Assembly (NCBI GenBank): GCA_963749495.1
Contig: CAVVMW010000029.1
Coordinates: forward strand, 32,001 to 96,000
Source of the DNA: an uncultured bacterium
GTDB taxonomy: Bacteria; Verrucomicrobiota; Verrucomicrobiia; Limisphaerales; UBA8199
Reading direction: 5' to 3'
Length of the DNA: 64,000 nt
This document shows positions 10,794-20,409 of this stretch, one piece after another. A model generated the notes under the pieces. That model was not told the origin of the DNA. It saw nothing but the letters and a program-made list of their open reading frames with translations, and made no database searches. Numbering within the stretch: position 1 is the first letter of the stretch; every line of letters starts with the position of its first letter. A program made the translations under genes and the position numbers.

Positions 10794-12794
10794 ATGAAGT
10801 TGCTGATCCTCCTATTCTCTGTGGTATTTGCATGGGCTTCCTGGGGGGAAGAGACCAATGTGGTATTCTTCGATGACTTTGAAACGCCCTCTCCGCAAAG
10901 CCCGCCATCTGGGTGGGCGATGTGGGGCGCCGAGGAGTTCAAAGTGCCCGCCAATTACACGCGAGACACCGCTCAACCGCACGAAGGGCAGGGGTGCTTC
11001 CGCATCCACCACCCGGCCAACACGGGCGGCTATGTCGTGTCCGCGCCCAGCCGCGCGATTCGGCCAAGGCCGCAAATGATCTACACCGTGTCGTTCTGGG
11101 CGCGCGCCGATAAGCCCGGAAAGGCCCTCTTCCACTGGACGGCTTACCGGAGCATTCAGCCCTTCGCCGATGCGCCCTCGCCCGGGTCGCTCGCCTGCAA
11201 GGTCGGTGGCGATTGGAGGCCGTTCACGTGCTCTATTCGGGAGGGCCTCGACTTCTTCGCCGACCAAAGCCGGTTCCTGCTTCTGTCGTTCCACGCGACA
11301 GCCGAACCGGCCGAGGAGCAGACCCTGTGGATTGATGACGTGCGTGTCTCCGAGCAGCCCGACCCCGCCCCGGTGGCTTTGCTCAATGCGGACACCGTTC
11401 CCCATGAGGCGCTCGATCACGGGTTGCGTCCGGGCGAGCGGCTCGAGTTTACGGTCAATCCGACAAACCGGCTGCGCAGCGCCAACGCCGAGGCGGGCGG
11501 GGTTTCCTTTCACCGGGTCTGTGGTTGGACCGGGCAACCCTATAGCCGGAATGGAGATTATACGCTCCGACCGGAGCTGGAAACGGCCATCCGCGAACTG
11601 CGGCTGCCAATGACGCGGTTTTACGCGGTGGGAGACGAACCGTTTGGCGTCGAATCGAGCATCGATAAAGCCGCCGAGGTGTGCCGGCGTGTGGGCGTCG
11701 GGCAAGACCGTTGTGTGCTCGAGTTCGAGGAGCAAAGCGCCAATCGAGCGCTTCCACCGGAGACGTGGGCCCGCGGAGTCAGCCATGCCCTACGGCAGGG
11801 TTACGGGTTTCATCATTGGGAGATTGCCAACGAGCCTTACTCGTCGTTGTGGGGCGAAGGCCAGGCGTTTCCGACCGTCGAGGCGTTTATCAGTCACTTC
11901 AAGGCCGTGAGCGACGCCGTTCGCAAGGTTGACCCGCAAGCCCAGGTGGGCGTGGACATCTACCCGGAGCACGTGCGCTGGGGCAATTACCTGCTCAAGC
12001 AACTGGCCGGCCATTATGATTTCGTGGCCCCGCACTATTATTGCGGCGCCGACGTCCACAAGCTGGGCTTTGAGGAGATCACCCTGACCGAGAACTACCG
12101 GATGCTCGACCGGGCCTTGAGAATCCGGGCCCTGCTGCGCGCCTACAATGGCGGCCGCCAAACCTATCAATATGACACCGAATGGGGCATGATTTGCAGC
12201 GCCCCTGGCGGGAAGGCGGCCGATTACGAAGACCGCAACGCAAACATCGTCGGGACGGTGCACCGGGCGGTGCGGCTGATCTACTACGCGCGCGAGGACA
12301 TCCTGCGGGGTGCCAGCGGCTGGCAGATGCTCAGCGCTCTGAACGGCCAGGGCTTTGGCATCCTCTCCCAGCAAGCGCCGGAGCAGCGGTTCCTGCTCTA
12401 CTGGCTGTATCACTATTTCAACCGCCACGTGGGCGAGTGGGTGCTGCGGATGGACGGCACCGCGCCTTACCACCAACCCCGGCAGGGGACAGAATTCGCG
12501 GGTCCCCTCACGCCGGTGCTGGCCACTCTGAGCCGGGACGGGCGCGAGATGTACCTGGTCATCGCCAACGGCTCATGGACGCGCGCCGTGCCCTGCCACG
12601 TGAAGCTGGAGAATTTCCACGCTGCCAGCGCCCGGGGAATCGTCATCACGAATGACAAACTGGATGGGAAACCACTCTTGCAGAGCAAGGAGGAGGCGGT
12701 TTCCGACTTCCCGGTAAGTGCGGCCGGGAATGAAGCAGACTGCACCGTTCCGCCGCACGCGATTGTCTTTGTGACACTGGCGGGTTCGCAATAA
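10794..12794 (+). CDS. Secreted glycoside hydrolase (clan GH-A, GH39/GH51-like) with N-terminal CBM4/9-like domain
   Basis: Signal peptide; YTVSFWARA...LWIDDV CBM pattern; WEIANEP and YDTEWG; arabinofuranosidase-like C-terminus VPPHAIVFV. Confidence 0.75.
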   Translation: MKLLILLFSVVFAWASWGEETNVVFFDDFETPSPQSPPSGWAMWGAEEFKVPANYTRDTAQPHEGQGCFRIHHPANTGGYVVSAPSRAIRPRPQMIYTVSFWARADKPGKALFHWTAYRSIQPFADAPSPGSLACKVGGDWRPFTCSIREGLDFFADQSRFLLLSFHATAEPAEEQTLWIDDVRVSEQPDPAPVALLNADTVPHEALDHGLRPGERLEFTVNPTNRLRSANAEAGGVSFHRVCGWTGQPYSRNGDYTLRPELETAIRELRLPMTRFYAVGDEPFGVESSIDKAAEVCRRVGVGQDRCVLEFEEQSANRALPPETWARGVSHALRQGYGFHHWEIANEPYSSLWGEGQAFPTVEAFISHFKAVSDAVRKVDPQAQVGVDIYPEHVRWGNYLLKQLAGHYDFVAPHYYCGADVHKLGFEEITLTENYRMLDRALRIRALLRAYNGGRQTYQYDTEWGMICSAPGGKAADYEDRNANIVGTVHRAVRLIYYAREDILRGASGWQMLSALNGQGFGILSQQAPEQRFLLYWLYHYFNRHVGEWVLRMDGTAPYHQPRQGTEFAGPLTPVLATLSRDGREMYLVIANGSWTRAVPCHVKLENFHAASARGIVITNDKLDGKPLLQSKEEAVSDFPVSAAGNEADCTVPPHAIVFVTLAGSQ

Positions 12795-12821
12795 ACATCC
12801 CTTCAACAACGCCCAAATCAA

Positions 12822-13028
12822 ATGACCTCCCTGGACCGCATTCGTTGCGCCGCCCGCCGGCAGCCGGTGGACCGGGTTCCGGTCGCGCCCTATATGGGCA
12901 ATCACGGCGCCCGCGTCGCCAGTGTGCCCGTTGGGGAATATTGCCGCTCGGGCCGGCTCATGGCCGAGGCGCAGTATCGCGCCTGGCAGATTTGCGGCCA
13001 GGATGCCGTCGTCGCTCAATCGGACAAT
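12822..13028 (+). pseudogene. N-terminal stub of uroporphyrinogen decarboxylase/MtaA-CmuA family protein
   Basis: MTSLDRIRCAARRQPVDRVPVAP...GQDAVVAQSDN, then non-homologous sequence. Confidence 0.7.
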
Positions 13029-13139
13029 CCGATTCTCAACAGAAGGCCACGAAGAAAACGAAGCACCGGGGCCCGAACGCTTTCTTTTCGTCTGTTCAAA
13101 GAGGTTGTGCGGGGATTGGCCGCGGGCCATGCTCGGTCT

Positions 13140-13862
13140 ATGAATGTTTGGCTTCTGTCCGGCCTGACCAGGTGGGGCATCGTGGCGGCATGTCTGCTCA
13201 CAGGCATCGGCTTCGACGGTGCGTGCGCGCCTGTCGTTGCGTCCCCTCCCGCGAGAACCGGGTCGCGCGTGGAGCGAGCTGCCGAAGCGGCAACATACCC
13301 GGATGGACGGCCGGCGGCGAAGTGGCGCCTGGAAGCCCGGGACGAGGGCGTTGTGTTCCGTCACGGCGGGGGTCCGGGGAGTTGCGATGCCCTGGGGGCA
13401 AGAGATGTCTGGGTGTGGCAACATGGCGGGGGTCTGGAGTACACCGACGCCATCTGGGTCTATTGGACCCGGGACCTCACCCGCTGGAACAGCGACCACA
13501 AGGCCGTGGTGCTCGACCGCACCAACTGCAAATGGTCCAAGCACATCGTCGGCCTTCCCTCAGTCGTCAAAGCCGGCAGGCGGTTGGCGATCTTCTACGA
13601 CGGGAACGGTTCAGCGAAAATGCCGGGCGGAGCGAAGAGCCACATGAATCGCGACGTCGGCGTGGCGTGGCTGGACCTGCCACTCATCCCGCCGGCGGAC
13701 CGGGCGGACGAGCCCGTGGTCTCTCCCGAGATCACCGTGGTCAGCTACTACTTCGGCAATTGCTGGAACGAGTGGACCGAAGGTAGCTACCTGGAGCCCA
13801 ACACGGTCAACGGGTTCAGATACCTGGAAGCGGTGCGCGACGTTTTCGCCGAGGATAAGTAG
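13140..13862 (+). pseudogene. Doubly collapsed secreted protein: five-bladed beta-propeller glycosidase + GH99-like domain
   Basis: DALGARDVWVWQHGG|GLEYTDAIWVYW join at ~13430. YYFGN|CWNEWTEGSYLEP join at ~13760 makes the first and last motifs of a GH99-like domain adjacent. Confidence 0.65.
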
Positions 13863-13918
13863 CCCAAACGATGCAGGTTGAGCTTGCGCCGCTCTTCCGC
13901 CAATGATTCCCTCACGCG

Positions 13919-16348
13919 ATGAGCAAATTCGGTTTGCTGAGCCTTGGCCTTTTTGCCCTCGCTCAAAGTTGCGCGATCCTTCATGCCAAGCCTGTTGACG
14001 TGACCCTGGCCAAAGGAGATGTGCTGCGGGTCGAGGTGGTGACGCCCAATATCCTTCGGGTGCGGTTGGCGGCGGATGGACGGTTTGAGCCGTCGTTGAT
14101 GGAACGGTATGGGATCGTAAGAACTGACTGGCCCGCCGGCGACTTTACGACGCGCGCCGAGGGCGGGAGCACCACCCTCGAGACGGCCGCTGGTTCGTTG
14201 TCCGTGCGCACAAAGGACGGCCAGATGCAGTTGCGCGGTCGCGGAGGAGAAATCCTCTGCGACCAGATTCTGCCCCAAGGCACTCGCTGGAGCGAAGCGG
14301 AGCTCCAGGCGTTCAAAAAGCGTCAGGCCTCCTTGGCCGAGTATTTTCGCGGTGAAAAGCGGAAGGAGGGACAGGTTCAGATCCTTGGCGGCGTTGCCCC
14401 TGACAAAGCGGAATACTCCGATGTCATGCACGAGTTCTTCCTGCCGGCCAACTCCTTCGGGGCGACCTTCAGTCTGCGAGCAGATGAGCGGCTGTACGGG
14501 CTGGGCACGGCCTCTGCCAAGCGCCTCCAGTTGCGGGGGCACGGCTACCGGCTCTGGACCCAGTACCACGGCAATTTCGGATACCACGGCCAGGGGGCCT
14601 GGGAGCACACCGAAGGACCCATCCCCTTGCTGCTGAGCACCGGCGGGTGGGGCATCTTCGTCAACACTACCTGGGTCCACTATTATGACCTGGGCCGCTA
14701 CGAGGCCGACCGGGCCTTGTTCTGGGGACCGGGCGGTCCGCTGGATTTCTACCTGCTCATCGGGGATTCGTTGCCCAAGCTTATCGAGCTCTACACTGAA
14801 ATCACGGGCAGGCCCCGGTTAATGCCGCAGTTTGCTTATGGCCTCACGTATGTCAGCCAGATCACGCAAAACGAGCACGAGATCCTCAACGACAGCCGGC
14901 TGTTCCGGGAGAAGGGCATTCCTTGCGATATCATCGGGATCGAACCGCAGTGGATGAAAAAAAATTACGATTTTTCGCACGAAACGGAATGGAACCCCAA
15001 CAAGTTCTACGTCCCGGATTGGATGGGGCCGGACTCCAAGGGGGGGACCTTCATCGGGGGATTGGACCGGACGGGTTTCAAACTCTCACTTTGGTCCTGT
15101 TGCAATGATGATCTGACGATGGAAGAGGAACGGCAGGTTGCCCTCCGTGAAGGCCGGGGCAGCGAGTTTCCGAAGGAGCCGGACGCCTGGTTCAATCATT
15201 TCCGGAAGTTTGTGCGGAACGGCGCGCGCTGCTTCAAAATGGACGGGGCCAACGAGATTGAGGAGCATCCCGCCAGGAAATACTACAACGGGCGCAGCGA
15301 CCTGGAGAACCACAACCTCACCCAGGTCCTCTATCACAAGCAGATGTGCCTCGGCTACGAGGCCTTCGCCAAACAACGGGCCATGACCTATTACGGCGCC
15401 GCCTACGCCGGGGTCCAGCACTGGGGCGCCACCTGGATGGGCGACAACGGCGGCGGGCGCAACGCGCTGGTGTGGATGCTCAGCTCCGGCATGAGCGGCC
15501 ACATGAATACCACGTGCGACATGGAGACCCGGGGGCCAGGGCTTCACTTCGGCTTCCTGCAACCGTGGACCCAGCACAGCAACTGGGCTTATACGACTCA
15601 ACCCTGGTTTTTAGGCAAACGTGCCGAAGCGATGTACCGCGACTACGCCCGGCTGCGGTATTCCTTGCTGCCTTACATTTATTCCGCCGCGCACGCCGGG
15701 CATCTGACCTCGATGCCCATCATTCGTGCGATGCCCCTGGTGTATCCCGACAACCTCAAGCTCGCCGATTGCGTGACCGAGTACATGCTCGGGGACAGCC
15801 TGCTGGTCGCCTCGTTTACGGACAAAGTCTATTTGCCCGCCGGCCGCTGGATTGATTATTGGACCGGCGCGGAGTTCGAGGGACCAAGGGAGATGCCGTG
15901 TGTTTATCCTGCGAACCGGGCCGGTGGATTGTTCATCAAGGCCGGCGCCATCATCCCTTACTGGCCCGAAACGGATTTCGTCGGCGAACAAACCGTTAAC
16001 ACTCTCAAGCTCCACGTTTATCCGGAGGGCAAGAGCGACTACACCCTTTACGAAGACGATGGCAATTCCCTGGCTTACCTGAGCGGCGCGGTGGCGGTGA
16101 CGCGAGTCCACTGCGAAACCGGCCCCGGCGCGGTGACTCTCACCGTCGAACCGCGTCAGGGAACCTATGACCGCATGCCCCGGGAGCGCGATTACGAGGT
16201 CTGGATTTGCTCCAAGCCGGCCAGGAAACTCGCCGTCAACGGGAGCCCGGCCGCCGGGGATTACGATGCGGCAGCCAAGGCGACGCGCATCGCCGTGCAG
16301 GAAGATCCCGCACGGAAGGCCGCGATTCGCATTCAATGCGAGTTTTGA
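13919..16348 (+). CDS. GH31 alpha-xylosidase/alpha-glucosidase
   Basis: LYGLG, YTEITGRP, GIPCD, FKMDG, WMGDN, RYSLLPYIYS, YLPAGRWIDYW, LYEDDG. Confidence 0.9.
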   Translation: MSKFGLLSLGLFALAQSCAILHAKPVDVTLAKGDVLRVEVVTPNILRVRLAADGRFEPSLMERYGIVRTDWPAGDFTTRAEGGSTTLETAAGSLSVRTKDGQMQLRGRGGEILCDQILPQGTRWSEAELQAFKKRQASLAEYFRGEKRKEGQVQILGGVAPDKAEYSDVMHEFFLPANSFGATFSLRADERLYGLGTASAKRLQLRGHGYRLWTQYHGNFGYHGQGAWEHTEGPIPLLLSTGGWGIFVNTTWVHYYDLGRYEADRALFWGPGGPLDFYLLIGDSLPKLIELYTEITGRPRLMPQFAYGLTYVSQITQNEHEILNDSRLFREKGIPCDIIGIEPQWMKKNYDFSHETEWNPNKFYVPDWMGPDSKGGTFIGGLDRTGFKLSLWSCCNDDLTMEEERQVALREGRGSEFPKEPDAWFNHFRKFVRNGARCFKMDGANEIEEHPARKYYNGRSDLENHNLTQVLYHKQMCLGYEAFAKQRAMTYYGAAYAGVQHWGATWMGDNGGGRNALVWMLSSGMSGHMNTTCDMETRGPGLHFGFLQPWTQHSNWAYTTQPWFLGKRAEAMYRDYARLRYSLLPYIYSAAHAGHLTSMPIIRAMPLVYPDNLKLADCVTEYMLGDSLLVASFTDKVYLPAGRWIDYWTGAEFEGPREMPCVYPANRAGGLFIKAGAIIPYWPETDFVGEQTVNTLKLHVYPEGKSDYTLYEDDGNSLAYLSGAVAVTRVHCETGPGAVTLTVEPRQGTYDRMPRERDYEVWICSKPARKLAVNGSPAAGDYDAAAKATRIAVQEDPARKAAIRIQCEF

Positions 16349-16720
16349 AGAAGGCTCATCCCCCATCGGTCGAAGCCTCGAAATGAAATATCGGATACCG
16401 GAAATGGGGCCGCGATGGCCGCTTTTCAGCGTGGTTGACCAATGTCCCCATGCGGGCCGTAGTGGGCAAGCTGGACCCCACCTCTCGTAACTGAACATCG
16501 CCTCTTTCCAGCTATTCATCATTGATGGCGGCAGTCTGGCATGCCCGGGGAACAGTGCCCCGGCAACACCGCTCACTGCCGTCCGTGCAAGGCCTTTTGG
16601 TTCCACCGGCGAAGCCATGAATTCATGCGACAATTTGACCATGCGAATTCGGCAAGCTCAAGTGAATGCTTAGTCTCCCCAAGGCCGCTGAACTGCCTCG
16701 ACTCGAACTTGCTCCATCCC

Positions 16721-17662
16721 TTAAAGTGTCTGCGACGGGGATCTGGCAGGTGGATGGGTGGAGTGTTCATGCGGCGACAAAGCCTGAATCACTGCCCCGT
16801 ACGCCGGCTTGGGCTGAAGCTTTCGGTCAAACAGCAACGGATAATTCGTGCGCCTTTTCGGGTGACCGTTCAGCCACGACTGCCTGTCTTCGACGCCCCA
16901 GAAGGTCACGCGCGGAATGAGATCTCGGTGTCTGTGGAACACCGCAAAGAGCTCCGCGTAGCGCCTTGCCTGCTTTTCAAGAACGCTGCCAGGGATGCCT
17001 GCCTGATACGGATTGCCGCCGTTCCACGCCAGCACGTCCACATCCAGCTCCGTGACGATCACCTTGATCCCCTCCTTCCCCAAGGCCTCGATCCCCGCGT
17101 CGATGGTCCTCGCATCAGGGTGATGCAGGTGCCAATGCCCCTGAATCCCGATGGCGTCCAGCCTTGCCGCCGCCCCCTTGAGACTGCGAATCAATCGAAT
17201 CACCTTTGGAAGCTTCACCGGATCTTCCACGTTGTAATCGTTGTAATAGAGCGCCACCTCCGGCTCCGCTTCCTGCGCAAACTCGAACGCCTTCCGCACA
17301 TAATCCTCCCCAATCGCCCGCAAAGCCGGTGTGTCGCGCAAATATTCCCGGCGCTCGTCACTGATCGCTTCGTTCACCACATCCCAGCAGCTCAGTTTCC
17401 CTTTGAAGGGCTTTGCCACCGTCTCGATATGCCTCTGCAGGTTCGCCAGCGCTTGCTCCCGCGACAGCGGCTTATGGTCCCCATTCTCGAACATCCACGA
17501 GGGTGTCAAATGATTCCAGCACAGCATGTGGCCGGTCAGCGGCAACCCGTGCTCCTGAGCAAAAGCCGCAATCCGATCGGCCGCTTCGAACGTGAAGCGA
17601 CCCGGTTCCGGCTGTAGAAAACGAGGCATGAACTCGCATTCCGCCGTCAGACAATCAAACTG
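16721..17662 (-). pseudogene. GH10 endo-1,4-beta-xylanase, 5'-truncated
   Basis: GHMLCW, WDVVNEA, YNDYN, GIQGH, TELDV. The frame extends to QFDCLTAECEFMP and is preceded by TAG 17663-17665; no signal peptide. Confidence 0.8.
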
Positions 17663-17680
17663 CTAAAGGCATCGATGCCC

Positions 17681-19681
17681 TCATGGCGGGGACTTTGTTG
17701 GCGGGTGGGCCTCGTACACCTCGAGGTTGACCGGTTCCGGCAGTTCCGGCCCGGTCAGCGGTTGGATGAGGAAATTGTCAAAGAGCCCCTGGTTCCAACC
17801 GGTCCCCAGGCCGGCCTGGCCCCTGCGGTAGGTCCAATCGTCCACCGTCGTGAGTGCGAGATCGTCCGCCAGCGCGGTGATGCGGCGGCCGACAAAGCAC
17901 AATTCCAGCTTGTGCCAACTGCCAGGGCTGAAATCGGCCTGGCCCGCGGCCAGAGTGCGCGTGAATGCCTTGAGGGCCCAGTGGCCATCCGTGCCGATGC
18001 TCAGCCAATAGCCTTTGGCTGGCTCGGCGCTCTGCGGTGACGCACAGACGCGCCCCCACACGGACACCGTTCCGGCGGTTTCCACCCAGGCATCACAACT
18101 TACTTTGTAATTGCGCCAATTCGGCGAGCCGATGAGCGAGTACGGTTCCGGGGTGGGGTGAAAGGGCCAGTCAATGTTCCGCCGGGCGACCACCTGGCGC
18201 AGGGCGTGGCCGGCGCCGTCGGGCCGCTGGCACACCTCGAACACACCTCCCTGATCGGAGAAATAGCGGGCGTATTTCCCGACCGCGCCGGATTCGAAGC
18301 CGTCGGCGTAAGGCAGCGGGAATTCCGACGAAGGCGGGCTCTCGCTACGGCCCTTTTGTTGTCCGGTGGTCGTCGTGAGCGAATAGACCGAATCCGGTTC
18401 CGCTGTGAGGGTGAATGAATCGCCGTTCGGGGGAACGTCCCCCGCCGGATCGAATTGGCTACGTTCATTGCTGTGCCAAATGTGCAGTGGCTTCTTGGCG
18501 AGTCCATTCGCCACGCGGAAGACGAGCGTCTGCGGCTCCTTTGCATCCATTGTCTCCACAATGATGCTGTAATCCTCCGGAGTCGAGGCACTGTGCAGTG
18601 TAACGCAACTGCCACCGCCGGGCAGGGAGACGCAGCCCGAGTCCATATACTTCCAGCCGGGTTGGGCGAACTGGGTCGTGTGGGCGATGACCCAGGTAGC
18701 CGGCTGCACTTCATAATGGCCGGACCAAGGCTCCTTTGCCATCATCGGACCGGAGTTGGGCAGCGGCAAGGTGTCATAGTAGGAGGTGACGAGGCTCCAG
18801 ATGACGGTCTTGGTCATTCGCCCCTGGACATAGTTGCGATTGAAGACCCGCGCGAGTTGCCGCGCGCCCTGCCAGTCCCCGCGCCACGGCCCATCTTCGC
18901 TCGACCACACCCGTTTGCCCGTGGCCAGCGCCTCCGGCGTGGACTTGAAGCCCACATAATGCGCGCCAATCACCTGGACTGCGTTCATCAGTTCCGGGTC
19001 GGAGTCCATTTCCCGGGCGATACGCCAGGGATCGTTGCCGGTCTGGTCCGAGGCCACGATCTGGACGCGCGGCAGGTTGGCGCGATCCAGGCTGCGGCGC
19101 AGGAGCTTGATCCACGCGGTATTGTGGGGCGTCTCATTCCAGATGCCGCAATAGTTGATCTCGATCCCGTGGTATTGGCGGGCTCCCTTGATGAACGACA
19201 CGATGAAATCCGCGTTGTCCTGGCTGAAGAACTTCTCGGCGTCAGACTTCCCCCGGCCAATCCAGCCGGGCGCGCCCCACTGGAGAATATCCGTGATGAT
19301 CGCCGGGTTGCGCTGCCTGGCTTCGCGCAGCAGCCACCATTCACAGCCGCGGTCGAAATATTCGGGCTGGGGATGCTCGAACTCCGCGCGGGTTCGTGCA
19401 TGGCTCGGTTCGGTGCCGTCCGTGGAATTGACATCCCCGCCGATCTCGACCTTGAGGTGATGGAAGGCGGCGCCAAATTTCGGTTTGAACAGGAAATCCA
19501 GCACCTGGCTGCGCTGGGGTTCAGGATACTCCATGAGCAGCCGCGAGGACGCGCCGGCGCTCAGGGCGCCGAGGCCCTCGAAGGTCCGCCCCGATGAGGC
19601 TGGATCCAGCGTGATCTGGATTTGAGCCGCGCTCCCGGAGGCGCCGACGAGCAAGACCAAGGAGGCTAAGATCGGTTTCAT
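17681..19681 (-). CDS. GH59 galactocerebrosidase/beta-galactosidase; C-terminal accessory domain apparently deleted
   Basis: FEGLGALSAGASSRLL, KVEIGGDVNSTDGTEPSH, GIWNE, WSSEDG. Ends PVNL|EVY (first and last residues of an F5/8C-like module). Confidence 0.88.
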   Translation of the reverse strand: MKPILASLVLLVGASGSAAQIQITLDPASSGRTFEGLGALSAGASSRLLMEYPEPQRSQVLDFLFKPKFGAAFHHLKVEIGGDVNSTDGTEPSHARTRAEFEHPQPEYFDRGCEWWLLREARQRNPAIITDILQWGAPGWIGRGKSDAEKFFSQDNADFIVSFIKGARQYHGIEINYCGIWNETPHNTAWIKLLRRSLDRANLPRVQIVASDQTGNDPWRIAREMDSDPELMNAVQVIGAHYVGFKSTPEALATGKRVWSSEDGPWRGDWQGARQLARVFNRNYVQGRMTKTVIWSLVTSYYDTLPLPNSGPMMAKEPWSGHYEVQPATWVIAHTTQFAQPGWKYMDSGCVSLPGGGSCVTLHSASTPEDYSIIVETMDAKEPQTLVFRVANGLAKKPLHIWHSNERSQFDPAGDVPPNGDSFTLTAEPDSVYSLTTTTGQQKGRSESPPSSEFPLPYADGFESGAVGKYARYFSDQGGVFEVCQRPDGAGHALRQVVARRNIDWPFHPTPEPYSLIGSPNWRNYKVSCDAWVETAGTVSVWGRVCASPQSAEPAKGYWLSIGTDGHWALKAFTRTLAAGQADFSPGSWHKLELCFVGRRITALADDLALTTVDDWTYRRGQAGLGTGWNQGLFDNFLIQPLTGPELPEPVNLEVYEAHPPTKSPP

Positions 19682-20110
19682 GTCCGCGCGCCTGAAAAGT
19701 ACCACAATCGGCCGGCAAAGCGATAGCGCAAACCGGGGGGCCGGGATACCAGCCGCGCGTGGGCCGATCACCTGCCTGCCGGGAAGGTGGAGTTCTTGGA
19801 TCAGTTTCTGCCGCCCTATGAGGCTTGAGCAGGTCATCCCGAGTCCGACGGCTCCGTGTCACCTGACGGCTCGCAGAAGAACTGCGAATGCGCAGCGGTC
19901 ATGGCGCGGGTCATGTTCCTCAATCGAGAAATCTTCTTTGAATGATGCCATTGAAATATGAGCCACACTAACAATTAAACGGGCCGCTTTTGACCCCTTT
20001 AAAAACCCCTAAGACTCAAATGCCGGTGCATGCCGGCTCATGCCGCTGGTTTTTGCAACCCCTTCCACCACAATGTATAACAACTTGATACTCAAGTGCT
20101 TAGCAACGCT

Positions 20111-20163
20111 GCACCTGACTTCGGATCAGAAGGTTGCAGGTTCGAGTCCTGCCGGACGCGCCA
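20111..20163 (+). tRNA. 3' half of tRNA-Arg(TCG), att-site remnant (not a full tRNA)
   Basis: CTGA-CTTCGGA-TCAG anticodon arm, GCAGG-TTCGAGT-CCTGC T-arm, CGGACGC-G-CCA end; no 5' acceptor strand or D-arm upstream. Confidence 0.85.
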
Positions 20164-20263
20164 TTTTTACTGGGGATTTTGAGGATTTTTGCCGAACGAA
20201 AGTCGACAAAAAGCTTCGACCCATATAGAAACCCCGAAGACCAAAACCCTAACGATTTCGCCC

Positions 20264-20338
20264 ATGAGCAGGCGGTTGGCCAAAGTTGACGGAGAGAACT
20301 ACCTCTACCAGGAGGAGCCGGGAACATGCGCGACATAG
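20264..20338 (+). pseudogene. Possible N-terminal stub of tyrosine integrase
   Basis: [21 protein letters not shown], 100 bp after the tRNA 3' end; resembles the KVxENLY..GTYY start of verrucomicrobial integrases. Confidence 0.4.
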
Positions 20339-20409
20339 ACCAGCACCGGCAGCGTGACGATAGATCCGCCGCTGCCCAAGAGGCCCAGCGCCAAACCGAC
20401 GAGGCCCAT
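20320..20409 (-). pseudogene. Fragment of TauE/SafE sulfite exporter
   Basis: [28 protein letters not shown]. Confidence 0.7.

Noticed and set aside
20090..20163. Functional full-length tRNA-Arg
   Set aside because: 5' acceptor strand and D-arm are absent.
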